Part shown: positions 56,774 to 64,000 of the stretch, piece by piece
How positions within the stretch are numbered: the stretch's first letter is position 1
Layout: every line of letters begins with the position of its first letter
Assembly: GCA_964566575.1 (NCBI GenBank)
Contig: CAZMKD010000024.1
Location: 14 to 64,013 of the forward strand
Direction: 5' to 3'
DNA: 64,000 nucleotides
Source of the DNA: an uncultured Verrucomicrobiota bacterium
GTDB taxonomy: Bacteria; Verrucomicrobiota; Verrucomicrobiia; Palsa-1439
Notes under the pieces: model-generated
Databases searched by the model: none
The model's input: the letters and a program-made list of their open reading frames with translations, nothing else
What the model was told of the DNA's origin: nothing
Position numbers and translations under genes: made by a program

Positions 56774-57808
56774 TTACCTCACTTTTACTGGTTCGGTTCC
56801 GGGACGGACTGGCGCCGGAGTGGCCGGTAGCGGCAGGCCGCCGCCCATCGGCAGCAACGGCATCAGCCGCTCGCCGACCTTGCCGTCCACGATGACTTTG
56901 TCAACGTCGGGCAGGATTTTTTCCACGGTCTCCAGGTGGAGCCGGTCGCGCGTGACCGACTTGGCCTTTTCGTATTCGGCCAGCACGCTCAGGAACCGGG
57001 CCGACTCGCCTTGCGCGCGCAGCACCCGTTGTTCCTTGTAGGCTTCGGACTCGCGCAGGACTTGCTGCGCCGAGCCGCGGGCGCGCGGGACGATATCGGC
57101 CTGGTAGCCGCGGGCCTGGTTGATGAGTTTCTCGCGGTCTTCGCGGGCGCGCACCACGTCGTGGAAGGCGTCCTTGACCGCGTCGGGCGGGTCGGCGGCC
57201 TGCAACTTCACCTCGGTGATGGCAATGCCCGATTGATAATCGTCCATGAGCCGTTGCACGAACACCCGCGCGCCGTCCTGCACCTTGGCGCGTTCCTCGA
57301 TCATCACCTGGTCAATGGTCATGTTGCCCACGGTGCTGCGCAACGCGACCTGCGTGGCCGCGTGCAGCGCTCCTTCGGGATCGCGCAGCCGGAACAGATA
57401 CTTCGAGGGATCGGCCACACGATACTGCACGATCATCTGCGCCTCGACGATGTTCTCATCGCCGGTGAGCATCAACGCCTCTTCGGACACGCGTTGGCCG
57501 GCGCGAACCCCGACCTCGATGCGGCGGATTTGTTCGACGCTGACCACGTTGACCTGCTGCACCGGCCAGGGGACGCGGTAGTTCAGGCCCGGCTCGGTGC
57601 GCGCCGTTTCCTTGCCGAAGGTGCGCACCACGCCGACGTGACCGGGATCGACCACATAGACGCCCGACGCCAACCACAGTAATGCCAACACGACCGCCAC
57701 GATGGGTAGGATTCTCGGCAGCTTGTGTTTGAGCCACGTGCTGAAGTATTCGAATTGCTCCGCCACCTGCTGATCCAACGGTCGCGGTTCACCTGGATAA
57801 TTAGGCAT
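56774..57808 (-). CDS. hflK: Protease modulator HflK (SPFH/band-7)
   Basis: TM plus SPFH domain with a Pro-rich C-terminal tail. Confidence 0.85.
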   Translation of the reverse strand: MPNYPGEPRPLDQQVAEQFEYFSTWLKHKLPRILPIVAVVLALLWLASGVYVVDPGHVGVVRTFGKETARTEPGLNYRVPWPVQQVNVVSVEQIRRIEVGVRAGQRVSEEALMLTGDENIVEAQMIVQYRVADPSKYLFRLRDPEGALHAATQVALRSTVGNMTIDQVMIEERAKVQDGARVFVQRLMDDYQSGIAITEVKLQAADPPDAVKDAFHDVVRAREDREKLINQARGYQADIVPRARGSAQQVLRESEAYKEQRVLRAQGESARFLSVLAEYEKAKSVTRDRLHLETVEKILPDVDKVIVDGKVGERLMPLLPMGGGLPLPATPAPVRPGTEPVKVR

Positions 57809-57830
57809 GATTTCCTCCTATGTTTGGTTG

Positions 57831-58508
57831 TTAGCGGCGCGAACGCCCCCGCGTCAGCAGCTGCATCAGTTGTAGAAAACTCATTGTGAACGCCGCGATG
57901 TACGTCCAAGCCGCGGCGTTGAGCACGCGATCCACCCCGTCCAATTCCTGCGGGTTAATGAGGCTGCGCTCCAGTAACGCCCGCCGCGCCCGGCGGCTGG
58001 CGTCGAATTCCAGCGGCAGCGTGATCAACTGGAACAGCAGCAACACCACAAACAACGCGATCCCGATGCGCATCAACGGCGGAATCCGCATGACCAACCC
58101 CAGCACGAACAACGGCAGCGCCGCCCACGAGCCGAACTGGGTCACTGGTGCCATGGACATCCGCACCCGCATTGGCCAGTAGGCCAACTGGTGCTGCAAG
58201 GCGTGGGCCGCCTCGTGCGTCGCGATGCCCACCGCCGCCACCGAATCGCCGTCGTGCACCTCCTCGGAAAGCCGCAACGCCCGTTTCTGCGGGTCATAAT
58301 GATCGGTCAGATACCCGCGCGTCTGTTCTACCGGCACCTCCTGCAGGCCGGCCGCGTCCAAAACCTCCCGCGCCGCTAGCGCGCCGGTGATGTCGCGCGT
58401 CGTGCGCTGTGCCGACCCACGCCGGTATGCCGCGAGCAGCCGCCACTGCGCCCACAGCGCTAGCAGCAACCCGGGGATCAACAACAAATCCAATCGTCCC
58501 AACAACAT
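57831..58508 (-). CDS. Membrane zinc metallopeptidase (Zn_peptidase_2 family)
   Basis: 'HEAAHALQH' HExxH motif flanked by TM helices; 225 aa. Confidence 0.75.
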   Translation of the reverse strand: MLLGRLDLLLIPGLLLALWAQWRLLAAYRRGSAQRTTRDITGALAAREVLDAAGLQEVPVEQTRGYLTDHYDPQKRALRLSEEVHDGDSVAAVGIATHEAAHALQHQLAYWPMRVRMSMAPVTQFGSWAALPLFVLGLVMRIPPLMRIGIALFVVLLLFQLITLPLEFDASRRARRALLERSLINPQELDGVDRVLNAAAWTYIAAFTMSFLQLMQLLTRGRSRR

Positions 58509-58974
58509 CTGTGATCATCCTTTCCCGTTCGTTTCAATCAGGGAATGGGCACAATCCAGTCTCACCCGGTAGTGCCCGACGGAACAAAGCTGCTTAGAGC
58601 AGCGGAGGGCTGCGCGGCGAGCGCGATGTGGCACACACATGGAGCGCTATCGCCGGTCGGTGGTCCAGCGACCGCCAGCAAGCCACCGCTGGCGGCGCGA
58701 CGACGGGCGGTGGGGAAACTGTTCTCGCAGCAACAACCAGTTGACGGATCGCCGTGCGCGCCAGCACACACTCCTCCACCGCACCACGCGTCTCGGCTTC
58801 CACCGCCGCCGTTACCGGCACGGCGACCAGCCCAAGCCCCGACAGGCCCAGCGCCACTATTTTCAGCATTCGCCGCATCGCCATTGCTGTGGACTCTGCG
58901 CCAATCCGACTCCCCGCGCAAGCAAAACCGCTTGCCGCCTTGCGTCGACCGGGCCGCACCCGCTGTTGACGCCA

Positions 58975-59157
58975 CATCAGATTCTCGTGGCGATGATCAC
59001 GCTGACGCTGCTCCTGCCATGCATCGCAACGTTGTTCATGATTTCCCGAGAACTCGGCAAGAAAACCGCAACGTGGATCACGCTCTTCATTTTCTCGTTG
59101 CCTCTCTTTGTCGGCGGACTGGTCAACCACTTGGGAAGGTTCTTGGGATTCTGAGAT
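58975..59157 (+). pseudogene. Possible 3' remnant of feoB (final membrane helices only)
   Basis: 'LLPCIATLFMISRELGKKTATWITLFIFSLPLFVGGLVNHLGRFLG' resembles the FeoB C-terminal gate region (…YTPCVAAL…); the upstream frame is junk. Confidence 0.3.
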
Positions 59158-59398
59158 GACCACGTACCTGTATTGTCCGCTGTGCGGTTTCGAGTTCGCG
59201 AAGCGCGATACATGGTGCGCGCACGGTTGTCCACTCGGGCGCTTCAGCAAACCGGTGTGCTGCCCGAACTGCCGGTACGAGTTCCCCGAGAAGCCCGCAT
59301 CGATTGGCTGGCTGCAGCGGCTGCTTCACCGGCCGAAACCGCCGGTCGCGCGGCACGATTCCGTCCCTCTGCCCCCTCAACGAAGCCGAGTCGTGTGA
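59156..59398 (+). CDS. Small Cys-rich zinc-ribbon protein
   Basis: 'YCPLCGFEF…CAHGCPLG…CCPNCRYEF'; lies between the FeoB-like remnant and feoA. Confidence 0.3.
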   Translation: MTTYLYCPLCGFEFAKRDTWCAHGCPLGRFSKPVCCPNCRYEFPEKPASIGWLQRLLHRPKPPVARHDSVPLPPQRSRVV

Positions 59399-59616
59399 AG
59401 TGGCGTGTTTGCATTGCGTGTTTGCATTGCGAGCATGCGTCGCGGCCCAGTACGCTCGCCGTGTACGGACTTGTTCCCGGCAGTCGCGTGGTGCTTCAAA
59501 AAAAGCGACCGACCTACGTGATCCGTATCGGCGAAACGGATCTGGCGCTGGACATCGACATCGCAAACACAATCCTGGTTCGGCGAGTTGTGGCGCCGGT
59601 CGAAGTGGCCCAGTAG
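59395..59616 (+). CDS. feoA: FeoA-family protein
   Basis: '…GSRVVLQKKRPTYVIRIGETDLALDIDIANTILVRRV' is the FeoA SH3-like motif; GTG start. Confidence 0.55.
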   Translation: MKWRVCIACLHCEHASRPSTLAVYGLVPGSRVVLQKKRPTYVIRIGETDLALDIDIANTILVRRVVAPVEVAQ

Positions 59617-60024
59617 CTTGGCAAGATGTACGCAGAACCCGGCGACAATATCGTCCGTGCAGACGGCTCACAAGTTCGCGCGGAGTGATGGAACTAAGTG
59701 GCCCGTATTCGCTCTCATTGACATCGGGGTAGGGAGAATTTAACCGGCAGGCTGACCGAAGGAAGCTGACCGAAGGAAGCTTGACTATGCTGACCCTTAC
59801 GGTAATGTCATTCCACGTATGGGTGAGAGGTTTTCACGACGCTGAAGCCTCCGGGAAGATGCCAAGATGCATTACTGCAAGCCATTCAGTAGTTTCCTTG
59901 TTGACGGTCGGGCCTCAGTCTTGGCTCTTCGGCCCTACGGATCGTCGCTCGATGTTGCTACCAGCAACGACGATGTGTCACGAATTGACTTACAGCGAGT
60001 GGCAATTTGATACTGAAATTACCC

Positions 60025-62256
60025 ATGAGAGCTAGGCAACCTTTCTACTTTCTTACCGTCTGTGCGGTGCTGGTGCGCGGGATGTTTGGCGGCGGAACTT
60101 GCACGGCGTATGCCGACTGGACGAATGTTTGGAGCGATGAATTCGATGGCACCAGTTTCGATTTGTCGAAGTGGACGTTTGATATTGGCAATAATTCGGG
60201 CTGGGGTAACGGGGAACGCGAGTACTACACCGCCCGCACCAACAATGCTTATATTGCGGGTGGCGTGCTCCACATCGTCGCCCTAAAGGAGTCCTTTAAC
60301 GGATTCCCCTACACCTCGGCCCGTATTAAGACCCAAGGGCTTTTCTGGAAAAAATACGGGCTTATCGAGTTTCGTGCCAAATTGCCACAAGGCTTGGGTT
60401 TCTGGCCCGCACTCTGGATGCTGGGCACGAACTTCACCTCGGTCGGCTGGCCCGCCTGCGGAGAAATCGACGTGATGGAGAACAAAGGAAGCATTCCAAC
60501 CCAGGTAGGAGTCGCCATCCATTATTCCGGCCCGAGTAATAACCACCTGTACAATTCGCAGACTTACACCCTGCCCGGCGGCGGGTCCGTGACGAACTTT
60601 CATACCTACGGCCTGCAATGGGCGACCAACTCCATGTCCTTTTATGTTGACGGTCAGCTCGTGCAAACGTGGACCTCGTGGTCCAGTTCCACCGGCCCCT
60701 ACCCTGCCCCCTACAACCAGCCATTCTTTCTCCTGATGAACCTCGCTGTGGGCGGTCAGTACCTTGGTTCGCCTTCCGACGCGACCATCAACGCCAACAC
60801 CACATTCCCGGGGGAGATGCAGGTCGATTACGTCCGCGTTTACGATGATGTCCCGCCGGTAACACCCCCCGATACACCGACCGGATTGGCGGCGACTCCG
60901 GGCGGCTCGCAGGTCTCGCTGAGTTGGAATGTTTCGTCTAACGCGACCAGTTACAACGTGAAGCGTGCGACAGCCAGTGGCGGACCGTACACTAGAATCG
61001 CCAATCCCACCGCGGCCAGCTATAACGACACGGGGGTCGTCAATTGTGCCACTTACTACTACGTCGTCTCAGCCACGAACACCGTTGGCGAAAGCGCCAA
61101 TTCGGGCGAGGCGTCCGCCACGCTGGGCTCCTACAGCATTGCTGTCAACTCCGGTGGTAGCGCGGCCAGCCCGTTTATCGCCGACGCCAACTTCACGGGT
61201 GGAACTGTCGCCACGACCGCTTCGGCGATTACCACGACAGGTGTGACCAATCCCGCGCCCCAAGCGGTCTATCAATCGGAGCGCTGGGGTGCTTCGACCT
61301 ACACCTTCAGCAGTTTGACGACAGGCACCAGTTACAATGTGCGTCTACACTTCGCAGAAATCTGGTTTGGCCCCAGCAATCCCGGGGGTGGGGGCGCAAA
61401 CAGCCGTAAGTTCAACGTCGCGATCAACGGCACACAGGTTCTCACAAACTTTGACGTCTATGCTGCATCCGGCGGCCAGAATCGGGCCATCATCAAGGAG
61501 TACGCGTTCACGCCCAATGGTAGCGGCCAGATCATCCTTGCGTATACTGTCGGTACAGCAGATCAGCCCAAGTCCAGCGGCATCGAAATCATTCTCCCGT
61601 CGCCAACGGCACCGACGGGACTGGGGGCGGTACCGGGGGACGCACAGGTCGCATTGAATTGGGGCGCGGTGACTGGCGCTACCGGCTACAACGTCAAGCG
61701 CGCGACAAGCGGTGTCGGACCCTTCAACGCTGTGACCAATGGCGTAACGGGCGTGGCTTACACCAATACCGGTCTGACGAACGGCACGACCTATTATTAC
61801 GTGGTCTCGACTGTGAAAGGCGGTTGCGAAAGCACGAACTCGATTGCGGTCAGCGCGACTCCTGTTTCGCCGTTGACGCCGTTCGAGCAATGGCAAATCC
61901 AATATTTCGGCAGCACCAACAATCCAAACGCCGCCCCCGACGTGGATGCCGATGGTACCGGCCAGAACAACCAGTTCAAGTACGTCGCCGGTCTCGACCC
62001 GACCAACCAGGCTTCCGTGTTTGTGCTCAACATCGCCAGCGGGACCAATCTGCCTGACCAGATTGATCTGCTATTTGACCCTGTGGTCGCTGGCCGCACC
62101 TACACGCCGCAGTTCAGCATGGACCTAGTCAGCGGCGTGTGGACGCAACTGACCGGCTATGCGGGTCCCGTGACCAATGCTAGCCAAGTCACGATTACGG
62201 ACCTGAACGCTACACAATCGAACAAGTTTTACCGCATCGACATCTCGTTGCCGTAG
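60025..62256 (+). CDS. Secreted GH16 beta-glucanase with FN3 and malectin-like carbohydrate-binding domains
   Basis: GH16 catalytic motif 'GEIDVMEN', signal peptide, two FN3-like modules (…YNVKRAT…GGPY…YYYVVSA…) and a malectin-like segment. Confidence 0.85.
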   Translation: MRARQPFYFLTVCAVLVRGMFGGGTCTAYADWTNVWSDEFDGTSFDLSKWTFDIGNNSGWGNGEREYYTARTNNAYIAGGVLHIVALKESFNGFPYTSARIKTQGLFWKKYGLIEFRAKLPQGLGFWPALWMLGTNFTSVGWPACGEIDVMENKGSIPTQVGVAIHYSGPSNNHLYNSQTYTLPGGGSVTNFHTYGLQWATNSMSFYVDGQLVQTWTSWSSSTGPYPAPYNQPFFLLMNLAVGGQYLGSPSDATINANTTFPGEMQVDYVRVYDDVPPVTPPDTPTGLAATPGGSQVSLSWNVSSNATSYNVKRATASGGPYTRIANPTAASYNDTGVVNCATYYYVVSATNTVGESANSGEASATLGSYSIAVNSGGSAASPFIADANFTGGTVATTASAITTTGVTNPAPQAVYQSERWGASTYTFSSLTTGTSYNVRLHFAEIWFGPSNPGGGGANSRKFNVAINGTQVLTNFDVYAASGGQNRAIIKEYAFTPNGSGQIILAYTVGTADQPKSSGIEIILPSPTAPTGLGAVPGDAQVALNWGAVTGATGYNVKRATSGVGPFNAVTNGVTGVAYTNTGLTNGTTYYYVVSTVKGGCESTNSIAVSATPVSPLTPFEQWQIQYFGSTNNPNAAPDVDADGTGQNNQFKYVAGLDPTNQASVFVLNIASGTNLPDQIDLLFDPVVAGRTYTPQFSMDLVSGVWTQLTGYAGPVTNASQVTITDLNATQSNKFYRIDISLP

Positions 62257-62711
62257 CTATTTGCTAGATGGACAAAAACCGATCGTCTGGTCTTTGGGGC
62301 TGCTCAGTGAAAAGTATGACAGTAATGACTCAAGCTTGTGCTGCAAAATGCTACGCTCGCACCGTAGCTCCTCGTAGTAGGTGTTGCCATTTCCTGGGGC
62401 GCACGAGGAGATTGAACGATGCAGTTCATTGGAAGGCACTTTGAACTCTGATAAGTTTAGATCAAGCGCACATTCGAGCCGCTATACTTCGGAATGATAT
62501 TGCTGAACCCATTTCTGCTTCACCGCATGTGTACTGGGAACATTTTTGAGTAGTTACAACCAAAAGAAAGGACACCGTGAATCCTATCAGGCTGCTAAAG
62601 AAGTCTGAAGTTCGTCGATTTTCTCTTGGCGCACGGTTTGGGCAGGCGACTGGGATGCCACTCGGTAGCAAGCGAGCGATCGGATCGAGCCAGCTTTCGT
62701 CCGTGAGTGGC

Positions 62712-63821
62712 TCATGAACTCACTTCCAGTCGCACCAAGTTATAGGCGCTGAGCGTCACCAGCACTTCTTGGGCGATCTTCCAGCGCCCCACGAAGCGCG
62801 TCCGCGCCAGCCGCCCGACCGTCTTGCACCAACCGAAGATTTCTTCCACGCGTTTGCGCAGCCGTTGACTGACCCGGTAGCGCGCCTGCCGCATCCGGCG
62901 CCGCGCCCGCTGCCGCGCCCGCGCGGCGGCGTCCTGCGCCACGATGCGGCCCGGCCGGATCGGCACGTGCGGTTCAATGCCCGCCCGCTCCAGTTGCGCC
63001 AGAAACTTCCCGTCATCGTAGCCGCCATCCAGACCCAGCGTCTGCGGACGCAAGCGATGCCGTCGTTTCGCGTGGGCCACGAGCACGTGGGCTTGGCGGC
63101 GCTCCGCGTGAGCGTCGGCGGCGTCCACTCCGGCGCCGACACACAGGCCATGACGGTTCTCCATTAACACATGGGCGCTATGGCACAGGTGGGCTTCTTT
63201 GCCGGCACCCTTGTTGGCCAGCCGCGCTTCGGGATCGGTCGCGCTGTGGTGCGTTTCGTTGGTGCGGCGGTCGCCGTGAAAGTTGACGGTCGGATTGCTG
63301 GGATCGTCGGGCGGTTCACTGACCGCCGGGCGCGCGTTGGGCTGGAAGCTCTTCGCGCTCGCCCACGAGCCAATCAGCGTGCCGTCCCCCGTGAAGTGTT
63401 CGTCGCTGACGTAGCCTTCCAAGATCGCTTGGCGCACCAGCGTGTCGAAGAACGCCTGCACCAAGCCGTGCACGGCAAAGCGCTCCCGGTTCACGCTGAA
63501 GACCTCCGGCGTCCACGCGCGCTGCTCCAACGGCAGATCGACAAACCACCGATACAGTTCATTGAACTCGATCTGTTCCATCAGGGCGATCTCACTGCGA
63601 ATCGAGTACAGCGCCCGCAACAGCAGCGCCTTGAGCAATTGCTCGGGCGGGATCGAGGGGCGGCCGAGGGGGCTGTAAGCGGCGTTGAACTGGTGGTTCA
63701 TCTGCGCCAAGAGTTCATCACAGCGCCGTTTGATGGGTCGCAACGGATGGTGGGGTGGGACGCGTTGCTCCAACGAGATGACCACGAACAATGATTCCTG
63801 CCGATCCAGTTGCCCACGCAT
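62712..63821 (-). mobile_element. IS5-family DDE transposase gene
   Basis: 369 aa, 'DDE_Tnp_1' architecture (…HFTGDGTLIGSWASAKSF…GLDGGYDDGKFLAQLERAGIEPHVPI…); terminal inverted repeats not resolved. Confidence 0.75.
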
Positions 63822-64000
63822 ACGAATGCCTCCTTGTTTGCGTGGTAGTATAGCCGGCCCGTCAACCCAACTTTATTAGCAGCCTGCTAGTGTAGTGTCC
63901 AATAAGTGATTGATAGTATTGGTGGGCGGTGTAAACTCCCTCCATGCCGCGTTCCGCACCATCACTGATCTTGACCGTCCCCGAACAGAAACAACTGACC

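Noticed and set aside
58594-59250. 218-aa minus-strand ORF with a signal-peptide-like start (MAMRRMLKIVALGLSGLGLVAVPVTAAVEA…)
   Set aside because: Mostly low-complexity Arg/Gln-rich sequence overlapping the FeoB-like remnant region; cannot decide which strand, if either, is expressed

Overview
High-GC (~60-65%) bacterial chromosomal segment, probably from a Gram-negative organism; the taxon cannot be assigned from sequence alone. Reading left to right: (1) a degraded integrative or satellite-like element (prim-pol-like primase, DUF3631-type P-loop NTPase, secreted cargo protein, TerS-like HTH protein) that ends at a tRNA-Arg(CCU)-like 5' fragment; (2) housekeeping genes (hpf, HAD hydrolase, folB, cvpA, leuD), including a GspE/PilB-family ATPase that carries an unusual N-terminal signal peptide plus transmembrane region; (3) an MmeI-family type IIL restriction-modification gene split by a frameshift at an A5 tract, followed by a tandem-HTH gene and a diverged copy of the RM 3' end; (4) a rearranged glycolytic locus (pgk ... 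tpiA-secG-opp(ABCDF)-gap) with a DUF433/DUF5615 toxin-antitoxin-like cassette after pgk, flanked by a diverged duplicate of the pgk 3' end; (5) a ~20 kb lipid/polyketide-type biosynthetic cluster resembling aryl-polyene/flexirubin loci (KS, CLF, ACP, FabZ-like, LolA-like, an MMPL exporter fused to an LpxL-type acyltransferase, two flavin halogenases, a SAM methyltransferase, two B12-radical-SAM enzymes, an AMP-ligase, and a GT2/YdjC/epimerase HpnI/K/A-like trio); (6) nicO, duplicated Zn-ribbon genes, hflKC, feo remnants, a secreted GH16 glucanase and an IS5-family transposase. The most interesting points are the decorated aryl-polyene-like cluster and a pattern seen twice, in which a small cassette sits right after a gene and is followed by a diverged remnant of that gene's 3' end. 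All calls come from reading the sequence and ORF translations by eye. Coordinates may be off by 1-3 nt.
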